DNA of 64,000 nucleotides from Hyaloraphidium curvatum SAG 235-1. Its lineage: Eukaryota > Fungi > Monoblepharomycota. Positions 34,194-45,188 of this stretch are shown in pieces. The position numbers and the translations under genes were made by a program. The number at the start of each line of letters is the position of its first letter. Position 1 is the stretch's first letter. The notes under the pieces were generated by a model. It searched no databases, was not told the origin of the DNA, and worked only from the letters and a program-made list of their open reading frames with translations. The stretch lies in the NCBI GenBank assembly GCA_025558095.1, contig JAIVFI010000030.1:496001-560000 (forward strand), read 5' to 3'.

Positions 34194-35592
34194 ATGTCCG
34201 ACGATCCGCTCGCGAAGCAGTCCGAAGACGCGTGGGACGCGCTGGGGGCGCCGAAGAAGGAGGGGGAGGCGGAGAAGGGGGAGGGGGAGGTGGCCGACGC
34301 TGCGGGGGCGGAGGGGGCCGCGGGGGAGGGGAAGGAGGGAGCCGAGCCCGCCACGGAGGAGAAGAAGGAGGAGGCGAGCGAGGTGCCGGCTGATGAGGCG
34401 AAACCCGCGGAGGAACCCGCCGCGGAGGAGCCCGCAAAGGAAGAACCCGCCGCGGCCGACGGCGCCGCCGCCGACGCCCCCAAGCCCGCCGAGGAACCCA
34501 AGCCCGCCGCGGAAGAGAAACCCGCGGCGCCCGTTGCCGCCGCCGCCGCGCCGCCGGCCAAGAAGGTGGGCCCGCCGGTCCGATCGCCCGCCGTCTTCCC
34601 GGGAGACTGACCAACCCCTCCCGCCGCCCTGCGCAGTACGCCCCGCCGCCTCCGAAGCCCGCTCCGGCCGCCGCCGCCGCTCCTGCACCTGCTGCCGCCC
34701 CTCCGGCCGCCGCCCCCGCCCCGGAGCCCAAGAAGTACGCGCCCCCTCCCGCGAGGCCTGCGCCCGCCCCCGCCGCTGCCCCTGTGGCCGCCGCCGCCGC
34801 CGCCGCCCCGGCGCCCGCGACGTTCGCCCCGCCGCCCCGCCCTCCTCCGGCTCAAGCTGCCCCGGTTCACGCCCAGGCGTACGCGGCGCCGCCGGTGCAC
34901 CAAGCCCCGCCCGCCGCCGCGCCGCCCCCGGCCCAGGCGTACGCCGCGCCGCCGGTTCAAGTTGCTGCCGCCCCGGTGCCTGCGCCTGCGCCTGCTGCGG
35001 CTGCTCCCCAGATCCAGAACCGTGGGCTCCCGACGCCTCAACCCCGCGACTTTAGCTGACCCCCCCCCCCCCCCCCCGATCACAGGCAACAAGAACCCGC
35101 CCACCTCCCTCCCCGCCGGTCGCCAGCCCCTCGTCGGTCCTCCTCCCATCCACAAGTTCTGGTGTTTAAATGGGTATCCCCCTGCCGCTTCCCATGGCGA
35201 TTGCTGACATCCCGTGCAGTCTGCGCCGCCAAGGGGACCTTCCGCGGGGGGCCCTGCCCGCAGTGCGGCGGCGGCGGCCTGGTCGACTGCTGGTCGATGA
35301 ACCTCATCCCGATCCCGGGGAGCGTCAAGTGCGAGTACTGCAAGGGCGATGGTGGGCCGCTCTGCTCCGCGTTTCGCAGGAGCGCTGAGCCCCCCTTGCC
35401 TCCCGCCAAGGCGTCCTCAACCCCGGCGACCTCGAGGACGCCGGCCTCGCGCAGTCCCTGCACCAGGGCATCCTGTCCTCGGACCCGAGGCTCAACTACT
35501 GCGACGTGTGCTACGGCCTGGGGTACGCCGCGCCCGAGGGCGCCGAGATGGACGCGCTGGCGTTCGCAAAGATGCGGGACGGGATGAAGTGA
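34194..35592 (+). CDS. Glu/Pro/Ala-rich protein with C-terminal DnaJ-type CxxCxGxG zinc finger
   Basis: CPQCGGGG, CEYCKGDG, CDVCYGLG after splicing; about 4 introns. Confidence 0.65.
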
Positions 35593-35822
35593 GCGGACGG
35601 GGAAACGCCGGGGAAGGCTCCGTCGATCGAGTGTCTTGCGTCAATGCTTTGTAGCCTTTGGCAAAGTCAGGTTCATTTCTCCCTTGCCACGTCGCTATGC
35701 TAGCGCCGCCCCTGTTCCCACCGATCGCTTGCACCGCCACGCAGTCCAGCATCGCCCAGTAAGGAGAGCAACGCACGCCACCCACGTTCTAGCTTGGGGG
35801 TAGGGTTTCGGTGTCCTTCGCT

Positions 35823-36425
35823 TTAGGACGAATCGGGGCAGGTTGCCGGGCTCTTCGCCATGAACTTCTCATCCGACCCGCCCGCGGTGAAGGTGCACGG
35901 GCTCCCGAAGAGGGAGCAGAACGACGAGGCGTACAAGTAGAAATGGCACGACGTGTCGGCGTTGCATGCGGCGGCGCAGTCCGCCTCGCTCTTGCTCCCC
36001 CCGCCCGGGATCTCGTCCTCGGTGCAGAATCCATCGGAGCACTGCGTGTAGGTCGGTTCTGCAGGTCCCGGCCCATGAACGTCCGTGTCTGCGGGACCGT
36101 TGCCACCTGCCTCACCGTAGCGCCTGTAGAGGGTCCCGAGGCCGCCGTACTCTACGCAGGCGACGGAGCCTTCGGGGCTCCCGGGGAAGCCGTACTCGCT
36201 GCACGGCGCGTCAGTCGCGGGGGCCACCCCAGTCGATTGGCACCCCACGAGCGCGGGGACGTCGCGTTCCGGGCCTGGCAAAGCAGGTTCCAGGCCCGAC
36301 GGCGCCGCCCCATCCGTGAATCCATCCGGTTCCAGAAATACCTCGGCTACGCCCCGCGTGGCACGCCACAGCAGCGGTGGGCTATAGTGGGCGGACCTGG
36401 CCCCGCCAAGCAATCGAAGCGGCAC
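35823..36425 (-). CDS. PAN/apple-like Cys-rich fragment, no clear start
   Basis: DCAAACNADTSCHFYLYASSFCSLF. Confidence 0.4.
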   Translation of the reverse strand: MPLRLLGGARSAHYSPPLLWRATRGVAEVFLEPDGFTDGAAPSGLEPALPGPERDVPALVGCQSTGVAPATDAPCSEYGFPGSPEGSVACVEYGGLGTLYRRYGEAGGNGPADTDVHGPGPAEPTYTQCSDGFCTEDEIPGGGSKSEADCAAACNADTSCHFYLYASSFCSLFGSPCTFTAGGSDEKFMAKSPATCPDSS

Positions 36426-36477
36426 TCACTCGGCGCCGCACTTCTCCGCCGCAGCCCACCTCACACTCCAGCACACC

Positions 36478-36990
36478 ATGCGCCCTAGTGTCCTCCATCT
36501 CGTGCTCGCCCTGGCCTCCACGGCCGCTCTTGCTTCGGTGCTCCCCTCAGCATCGGCCTGGTGCATCTACAACACGGGGACGGAGGCCGTCTCCGTGTGG
36601 GACACTTACCGTGTGGGCGTGGACGGCCTCATGAACGCCGACAGCTCGTGGACGCTGACGTGCACTTGCGACTCTTCGAAAGACTTCCAGGGCACGATCC
36701 AGCCCGGCGGCAAGGCGTGCTGGTTCCAGGGCTGAACGGGGCCGTACTGCGCGCAGGAGCAGTTCCTCGTCGCACCCGGGGAGTTTTCGGGATCCGGCTG
36801 CTTCGATACCACGGAGGTCTTCCAGATCAACTTGCTATCGGGGTACGGGGTGGCACTGGACTATGGCGCGCAGACCGCGGCTCTGTACCTCAATGGGGCA
36901 TGCCAAGGCGTGACGCAGGGGGGCGATGTCGTTGCTCTTGTTGCCGTCGATACCAAGTACGCACAGGGTTGCGGGTTGTCCTACAGATAG
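36478..36990 (+). pseudogene. Small secreted Cys-rich protein with one in-frame TGA (nonsense or recoded)
   Basis: Signal peptide; TGA 36733-36735 followed by 84 open codons to TAG 36988-36990. Confidence 0.65.
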
Positions 36991-37136
36991 CGCGCGGAAG
37001 GGACTCTAATGGAAGGACTTGACGTACCCTGTATTCTCGTCCCGTTCCTAATGCCTTTTCCGCGCGATCAATCCGCTCCGCAACCCAGTCCAGCCTTCTG
37101 GCTCGCGAAGGCGCACCCAAGTGCCCAGCCCAGCAG

Positions 37137-38255
37137 TCACGTATGCTCGCGCAACAGCCTCACTTCAACCCTCGGATCCGACCGCCAGGCCTCCTCGGCC
37201 GCCTTCGCCGTGCCCCACAGGGACACCCGAACCTGCATGGTGCTCGGCAGAGCGGCCAGCGCCTCCCTGATCGCGGCGTGCGCCTCCGGTCCTTCGTCGA
37301 CGGCGTTTGGTCCGGGGATACCATCGTCTTCGTCCGACAGGTCCCTGCCGACGACCATCTCCAGCTTGCGAACCGAGTGTGGCACGGCCCAGACCTTGTC
37401 CACAGCTCCGCCCGTGTCCCGCGACTCGATCCGCAGCTCGACCAGGTCCCGGATGCGGCGGAGGACCAGCAGCTCCTGCATGGTCATGTCGCAGTCGTCG
37501 ATCACCAGCGACCGCATCCGGATCTCCGCGAAAAGCGCCACGTCGTGGAGAAAGTCCGGGCGAGCCCACACGGCGCCGAGTTTTGCAGCCAGCCCCGGTC
37601 GCGCAGAGATCAGCGCCCCGTCGACGAGATCGAGGGAGAGCTCCTCGAAGCCCGGCAGCGACTCCAGCGCCTGGAGCAGCTCGCCTCCTCCGGTCGCAAA
37701 GGGGTCTCCGACGAACGGTCGGCAGAGAAACCTCAGCCTCGCCTTGCGCAGGAGCGGCAGTCCCGCGGCGATTGCCTCGGCTGGGACCGGTCCGTCCACC
37801 CTCGGAATCCACTTCAAGTCCAGCGAGCACAGGTTGCGAGCGCCGCATCGTCTAAACGTGTCCCAGAACGCCGCCCAAACCTCCGTCCAGTCGCGCTGCA
37901 GCGCCAGGGAGCGCACGGTGGGAAGGCACGCGCGGAGGAGAATCGCCTCGGCGCGGGCGCGCACAGGGTCTTCGGTCAGGCGGATGGGGGGCTTGTAGGT
38001 CAGCACGAGATCCCGGACGTGCTTGGCCCTCGCCGGGTCTCGCGCCAGTGCCTCCAAGCACGCGGGGGAAGCCCGGTCCGAGTCGATCGCGCGGAGGAGG
38101 AAGGGCTCCGTGGCAATGTAGCAGCTCTTCGACGCCCGCGCAAAGACGAAGCAGTCCGAGGGTCCCTTGGCGGACGCGTACAGATGCTCCAGGATCGGCG
38201 AGGCGAGCTCCGGAAGCAGACCGGGCATCGCTGACGTGTTAACGGTGTGGTCCAT
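37137..38255 (-). CDS. F-box-like/LRR-like hypothetical protein
   Basis: GLLPELASPILEHL F-box-like start; LxxLxL repeats; paralogue at 39455-40547. Confidence 0.65.
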   Translation of the reverse strand: MDHTVNTSAMPGLLPELASPILEHLYASAKGPSDCFVFARASKSCYIATEPFLLRAIDSDRASPACLEALARDPARAKHVRDLVLTYKPPIRLTEDPVRARAEAILLRACLPTVRSLALQRDWTEVWAAFWDTFRRCGARNLCSLDLKWIPRVDGPVPAEAIAAGLPLLRKARLRFLCRPFVGDPFATGGGELLQALESLPGFEELSLDLVDGALISARPGLAAKLGAVWARPDFLHDVALFAEIRMRSLVIDDCDMTMQELLVLRRIRDLVELRIESRDTGGAVDKVWAVPHSVRKLEMVVGRDLSDEDDGIPGPNAVDEGPEAHAAIREALAALPSTMQVRVSLWGTAKAAEEAWRSDPRVEVRLLREHT

Positions 38256-38622
38256 CGCTGCTCGCCGACAGGATGGAAACGAAGAGACAGAGCCGAGAAA
38301 AGCGTTTTCAAGACGCAACTTTGAGCCGGCACCGTCCGAGAGGTGCAAAGTTTGCGCCGAATGGAGACGACGATGTGGATCCGAGCCACCAAGACCGAGT
38401 TGTTGTTCAATCTCAAGCTGATTGCACGGACCTGGTGAGCTCTGCCAAGAGAAATTTGCTTTTGATATGTTCAAGGATGACTTGAATTCAGAAGGCAGCA
38501 CATTGGATGGCCACAAGAAGCCGCCGTGTGATCAGCGACAACTCGCGCATTCCACGTCATCTCCTCGATTGAAAAGCACCACCGCAACCGCACTGCTCCG
38601 TCCGCTGTAGAGCGCCCGGGCA

Positions 38623-39369
38623 ATGCGTCTCGGTCTCTACTTTCCCAGCGCCTCCCGCGACGCCTGGGTGACGCCTTCTCCCGCTGCGCTTCGATCCGAC
38701 AACGACCGAGCGGGAGCCTCGCCCGTCGAGCCCGCGCGCCGTGAGCAGGCGCTGCCGCAGGATCTCCACCCTCGCGTTCGACGCCGAGTCGCATCCCGAC
38801 CCGTGCGGCCTCGTCGAGGCCCTGGCGACCTTCCGCGCCCTGCGCTGCCTCGCCACCGCCTCCTTCACCACCCTGTTCGACCAGGGATCCGAGGGCGAGC
38901 TGCTGTCCTCCCTCGCGGAGCTCCAGGCCCCATCTTCCGCCGCACCCCGGGCCGCCCATCCATCGAATGCCTCATCCTCGACGAGATGCAGTGCTCCGAT
39001 CCCCACCCCGTCGCCGCGGCCGCCCTCGCCTCCCTCCCCGCGCTGCGCTTCCTCCTCCTCAATGGCCCCTTCGACGACCTCGCGCCGCCGGGGTCCCGTC
39101 CCGCCCGCGGGCAGGCGTGGCTCGCGCGCACGGGGTGGCTGCTCCCGCAGTCGGGCGAATTCCGGTGGGACGGCGGGGACATGGCGCCGGGGGACCTGCG
39201 CGGGCTGTACGGGGAGGCGGCGTGGGACGCGTACCTCGAGGCGGCGGTGTATTCGCGGTACGAGGGGGCGTTCAGGGCCGATCCACAGACAGGAGGGGGG
39301 TACTGGAAGGGGAGGAGCAGGAGCCCGGAGGGGGTGTGCGCGGCGCCGTACTTCCCCGGGAGGGGGTAG
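38623..39369 (+). pseudogene. Chimeric frameshifted remnant: RDxW-family N-terminus fused to LRR-like fragment
   Basis: MRLGLYFPSASRDAWVTPSP matches the 28900 start; protein-like text alternates between frames. Confidence 0.45.
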
Positions 39370-39454
39370 ACGGGTTGGGGATGGCCGGCCGGCCGGCCGA
39401 TCGATCCGTAGGAGCAACTAGCGCAAGATTCTTTCTCGTGACAAAAACCTTCGA

Positions 39455-40547
39455 TCACAACAGGATGACTTCAACCCTCGGATCCGACCGCCAGGCCTCC
39501 TCGGCCGCCTTCGCGGTGCCCCACAGCGACACCCGCACTCACATGCTGCTTGGCAAAGCCGCTAAGGCCTCCCCGATTGCGACGTGAGCGTCCGGTCCCT
39601 CGTCGACGGCGTTCGGGCCCGGGATGCCCTGCTCTTCCCCCAGAGCCCAGCCGACTTCCATCTCCAGCTTGCGAACCCAGTGCGGCACCGCCCGGACCTT
39701 GTCCACCGCGCCGCCGGTGTCGTACGAGTCGAGCCGCAGCTCGGCCAGGCTGGCGATGCGACGGAGAACCTGCAGCCCTCTCGCACTCGTCGATCAGCAG
39801 CGACCGCATGCGGATATCTGTGACGTGCGCAAGGTCGTCGAGAAACCCCGGACGAACCCACACCGCACCGAGCTTCGCGGCGAGCCCGGGTCGTGCGGCG
39901 ATCAGCCTGCCTTCGACGAGGTCCAACGAGTGCTCTTCCAGGTGGGGCAGGGCCGCCAGCGCATCCAGCAGTTCGTGGCCGCCCGAGGCTGAAAGATCGA
40001 CAAACATCCGGTCGAGGAAGCTCAGCCTCACCGTGCGCAGGAGGGGAAGGCCACTGGCGATCGCTTCCGCGGGGAGCGGCCCGTCCGCCTTCGGCATCCG
40101 CGTCAGGTCCATGCGGCGAAGGCGCCGCGCACCGATGCTCAGAAGGACGTCCCAGAACGCCGACCAAACTTCCGGCCAGGGGCGGTGCATCGCGAGGGCG
40201 CGCAGGGTGGGGAGGCACGCGCGGACGAGCATAGCCTCGGCGTGGACACGCTCGGGGTCGTCGGAGAGGGGGATGGCGGGCTTGTAGGTCAGCACGAGGT
40301 CCCGGACGTGCTTGGCCCTCGCGGGGGCTCGCGCCAGTGCCTCCAAGCACGACGGGGAAGGCAGGTCCGAGTCGACGGCCCGCAGAAGGAAGGGCTCCGC
40401 GTAGCAGCTCTTCGACGCCCTCCCAAAGACGAGGCACTCCGACGGTCCCTTTGCGGACGCGTAGAGATGCTCCAGGATCGGGGTGATGAGCTCGGGCAGG
40501 AGACCAGGGATCGGTGACGTGTCGATGAGTTCCACGGCCCCGTCCAT
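39455..40547 (-). pseudogene. Frameshifted paralogue of 37137-38255
   Basis: High similarity throughout; deletion and frameshift near 39775. Confidence 0.7.
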
Positions 40548-40859
40548 CGCGCTCTCTCGAAGCTCTGTAGACAGCGAGGTGGTAGTCCAAAACAAGATTC
40601 GAGCGCGAAAGTTCGAGCCGTCTGCGGTGGGGGAACGCGCGAAGGTGGTGCAGCTGAAGTCCGAAGGAGGGAGGGGCAGCCGATCGCGGCATCCGCTGCC
40701 GATCAGACCGAATCGATGCTTGACGCTCGAGCAGACTCAAGCGAACGGCACGGTTAAGTTGATTTCTGCTGCTAGAATGAATGCCTGCTCAAAGATGACT
40801 ACACTTCAGAAGACGGCTAGGTACGTGGTCCCAAGAAGGAGCGGCAGCGGCCGCGGCGA

Positions 40860-41891
40860 TCACGCCGATTCGGCCGCCCCGGCAAACTCCTTGTTGTAGA
40901 GCTTCCGCATCGTCTCGACGCCATTAAGGTCGTCGACGTACTGCGCCAGCCTGGCGACCTTGCCGGTGGCGGGGTCGAGCGTGAGCCTGTACATGCTCGG
41001 CGAGACCTTGATGGGGAAGAGTCCCTCGTTGGTCACCTCGGCGCGGACTTCGGCGGTAAAGGGCTGCGAGCGGGACAATCAGCACCTCCGGATTGGTCCC
41101 CGTATGCACTTGCGCGGTTCACCTCGAGCGTGAACGGCTCGCCGAGCATCCTGACCGACTTCAGGCCGCCGTCGAGGCTCATCTTCGTCAGGGCGATGCA
41201 GGCCTCCTTGCCCTTGATTACCTTGAACCACGGAGCGATCCAAATCTCATCGTCGGACATCATCTCGGTCAGGCCGCGGACGTCATGGGCGTTGATCAGG
41301 TCGAACATCTTGCGCATGGCGTCCTGTGCTTCTGCGGCACCGGGGATGGGCCCACCGATGACTCTGGTTATTACGTCCTTGATGATCTGCCGGCCAGAGT
41401 CGTCGGTGGGGACGCCAATGCTGCGGACGGACTCGAGGGCGTCGTTGAGGAAGTTGATGCCGCGGAAGCCGTACGAGACCTGAACAGGGACACGGCCCCG
41501 GTGGTCAGAACTAAATTCGGTTTCGCAGCCGCAACTTTATTCGCACCTGGCCGCCGGCCCCGTCGTTGCTGGTGAGCTTGAACTCGGAGACCACGCAGTG
41601 AATGCCCGGCGCGACGTCCATGACGACCTCCGGGCCAGCCGTTCGCTCGTACTTGAGGCCATAGTCCTTGATGAACTTTTCCAGAGCGGGCGTAATCTCC
41701 GCCTCGCTGGCAAAGACGCCTGCCCGCGGCTTCGAGTCAGAGCGCGTCGCACCTCGCGGCGAGGCCGACCCACCCAGCACCGAGACCATGCTGACGTCCT
41801 TGGTGTACGGGCCGAAGCTGGGAACGCCGGCATTAATGTTGTCGAAGGCGCGCTGCTCCCGTTTGATGAGCTGCTCGCGCGTGGGCGACAT
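40860..41891 (-). CDS. SnoaL/NTF2-like protein, probably two domains, 3 introns incl. one GC-AG
   Basis: MFDLINAHDVRGLTEMMSDDEIWIAPWFKVIKGKEA..TGKVARLAQYVD; GC-AG intron 41064-41113 restores frame. Confidence 0.65.
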
Positions 41892-42109
41892 GGTCTGGTG
41901 AAATGCGGCGGAGTCAGCGAGGGGGCGGATTGCGCCGGGGGCCTCAGGTGTGCGCAGGCGAAGCTCGGAACGCACAGTAGAGTCGTGCGGGAGGTATTGC
42001 TGGAGATTGTTTCGGTGGCGTTTGTTCGTGAACGTTGTTGGTGAGTCTGTGGGAGTCAGACGGACGCGAGGAGGCCCGGCCGGATGCACCTCGGTGGCTG
42101 GAGTATGAT

Positions 42110-43484
42110 TCACTTTCGACGCATCTCATCTCCCAGGCCAGGTTTGTGATCGGATGCCGCGAGAAGGTGACGGAAAGTGAGGACGCAAACATCCCGAAGC
42201 CGGTGTCGCAGGGCGCACGGTGATGTCCTTGGTAGACGGGTTGACCTCCTCCTAGCACCCTCTCCTTTGAGCTCCCGACCGGCAATTTCATCAGCCGTAC
42301 CTGCGGCTCCCGTCGCTAGTTCCTGCGATCGGGATGTGCCTAGCTTGAACCCGTGTGCCCTGGCCGAATGAGGTGAGTTGGCTGCACCGCCACACCCGCC
42401 ACCTTGCTGGCGAGTCACAACATCCACATTCAAAAATGGACAACGAACGGAGAGAATGGCGGGCTGGCTGCAAGGGTGCCCATCTTTGCGGTTGCAGGCC
42501 TCGGTGTTCAGGCCCTTCCGCTCGGCGCCCTGGCGCATCTTCATCTCGCGCGGCGCGCCTTCGCCGAGGACGCGGTTCCGGCGAAGGTGGGCGTCCTCGG
42601 AGCCGGCGGGGGAGAGGTCCAGGTAGGTCCGCGTGACCGGGTCGGCCTCGACGGCGGCCACGGCCCGCCTGACGGTGTCGGTGGCGGCCGCCTCGGCCCG
42701 CAGGTCGGCGGCGACATCCTCCGCGGTCGGCTCGGCATCGTCGGAGCCGCGGCGGTCGCGGATGCGGCCCACGCTGCGCTTGTAGGCGCGCGTGGCGGCT
42801 GCGTTCGCGGTGCGCGCCAGCCGCCTGTCCCGCTGCTTCTGCTGGATCAGGCGTTCGAAGTCGGCCGAACCCTGCTGCGCAGCCTGTCCCAGCCTCTTGA
42901 GCGCCCTTTCCGCGCAATCCAAGTTGCAGTACTGCTCCTTCTCCGTGCGGTGCTTGACGTTCTGGTTGATCCCCCGTGGCCGCACTCGGAGCAGGTCTGC
43001 GAGGGCGGGTACGACGGCTTGGCCTTCTTGGAGCGCTGTGCGACCGGAGCGTTCTCGTCGTTGCTATCGTCGGCGTCGTCGACGTCGACGCGGCTCTTGC
43101 GCTTCCGCGCCGGCGGTGACGGCGGTTCGGGGTCCGCGGCCGTGCGCCGAGCGGGTCTCCTGGGCGGGGCTAGAAAGGGGCAAATCGGATCAGGGCCGTG
43201 GCAGACGGCTTTGCAAGTGATGTAATACCATCGTCCGAGTCGGAAGGGTCGGCGATCTCGGGGTTGAAGTCGTCCTCAGGGTCCGATTCGGTGACCGCCG
43301 TCCCGCGACGATCGAGACCGGCGAGAGGGTCGGGCGAAGGCGGGAAAACGGCGCCACCGGCTGCGGCAGATCCGTTTCGGCGGGCACCGGTTGCGCGGCG
43401 GAGGATTCGGCTCCGGGGGGCGGGAGATTCGTCCTGCGCCGGCGCGACTTGCTCGCCGCGCGGGGCGCCGTCCCCACGCGCCAT
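42110..43484 (-). pseudogene. Hypothetical acidic/basic protein with C4 motif, frameshift in a G run; 3' end uncertain
   Basis: CSECGH|G5|INQNV..YCNLDC spans two frames near 42975. Confidence 0.35.
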
Positions 43485-44341
43485 CGCGCTGGGCACGTGC
43501 GGCAGACCCACGGGCGCACGGAGAATTGCCACAGCAAGCCGGGGGCGCCTCTTCGCGTCCGGGCTGCCGTTGGTGCGCGCGCAGCGCCGGGGAAGAGAAA
43601 CGACCTTCGGGGAACCGTCCGCGGCGGCAAAGACCCGCAATGCTGACGCCAGCTCGCGAACAATCGCCCGATGTACTCGCACAGTGGGCACCTCGAAAAC
43701 GAGGAGCAATTTCTTCGTAGGAGGCGCCGGAATGGAGTGCGCCCGGTGAATTCGCGATCCGTCCGTACGGGGCCGGCGATCGCCGGCTTCGAGGCGCCCT
43801 CAGGAACCCCATGCTTCGCGATGCCTCGAATAGGAAGTCGAACGTTGGTGTTTCTGATTGTTGGCACGGGCTCCTCTAGGAGCCTGAGTTGCACCCGCGG
43901 CCGGGAATAGCGGCTTGTTCGGCTTTGATCGGGTCGGACGCCTCACGCTCAAAGCTACCTAAAGCCGCCTTGCGTATTGGCCCGTTGCCGCGCCATCTCA
44001 CCAATGATGCCGGCTCCGCAAAGAAAATTCCGGGGTCGTTGAGAGTTAGGGAGGCGCGGGCGCGGTCCGGTGTAGCCCAGGGTGATCTTCGGCCCGACTG
44101 GGCAACGGTTGGCTAGGACGGGCCAGGCGGTGAACACCTAACCCGACCCTGCCCCATCTATCCCAGATCGCAACATGCAAGTGCCCAAAGCTGTCATCGT
44201 CAACTATCTGGAACCAGGGCACCCTGTCGCGGCCCGCAGCGCCACCGCGGCCATCGCCAAGCCCGCGGCCTCGTCGCAACCCCTCGCCGTAGAACGACGA
44301 TGAGGGCGCCCTGGCCTTCACGTTTAGGCGCGCGCCTCCGA

Positions 44342-44377
44342 CTCCGACGACTCCGACGACTCCGACGACTCCGACGA
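44342..44377 (+). repeat. 9-bp tandem repeat (ctccgacga)x4
   Basis: Seen directly; would encode SDD repeats in a degraded ORF. Confidence 0.9.
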
Positions 44378-45105
44378 TTTCCAAAACGCGGGCTCTACGC
44401 TTTTGGACACGCCCCCCTTGGTCCCAACACCATCCACCACCCGTCGACCACAGGATCTGTCAGAGCACGCTCCAGCTGCATCGCAAGGGGTGCCTTCTCG
44501 GGGCTCCAGGGCAACGAGATGGAGGAGCTGGCGGGGGGCGTAGCCGTGCAGAGCTCGTAGTCAGCGCAGGCCGAAGACGTTGCACTCGAACTCGCCTCAG
44601 GTTCTTCTGCGGCCCGCCAGCCAAGTCCCGAGCCACCTCCACGCGCCTACTATGCCCCAAAATAAGCTCCCGGGAGCGCGACGTCGATCCCTCCGGCCGC
44701 ATCTGGGGTCGCGGCGACGGGGGTCACCCAGGCCAGAGAATGCCCCCGGCAAGGCCCCGCGGCCCTCCACGGCCCCAGCGACCGTCCCGCCGGCCATATC
44801 TGAACCAAAATAGTCCGTTGGCGGCGCGGAAGGGGGCACCGCATCGCTCTTGCTGGATTGCTATTCTTTGTGTGTGTGTTGGGAGCCGCGGGCCACCACC
44901 GACCCGCGGGGGCCCCCGGCCGACCTGCCGGGTGACGCCCACACGCCCCAAAAGGTTTCAAGTGGGGGAATCGCAGAGATTCCGATGACGCGACCTCGTG
45001 CGCGGTGTTGGGGGTCGTTGGGGGTCGGGGGCTGCCCGCTGCCCCGTGTCCCTCTAGCCCGGCCCGCAACCAACACCTCCAAGCTACCTGGCAAAGCAAA
45101 AAGAA

Positions 45106-45188
45106 TTCCCGAGCCGGGAATCGAACCCGGGCCGCCAGAGCACTCTTGGGTTGAGAGTCTGGAATACTGACCACTGTACTACTCGGGG
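45106..45188 (-). tRNA. tRNA-Glu(CTC) with 11-nt intron
   Basis: Cloverleaf CCCCGAG-TA-GTAC..GTAT-CCAGA CT CTC A[intron]C TCTGG-CCGGG TTCGATT CCCGG-CTCGGGA-A; downstream T-run terminator. Confidence 0.92.

Noticed and set aside
26588-36990. Genome-wide stop-codon reassignment
   Set aside because: TAG and TGA terminate conserved genes here (AKR, GNAT, SDR, AQR, ferritin)
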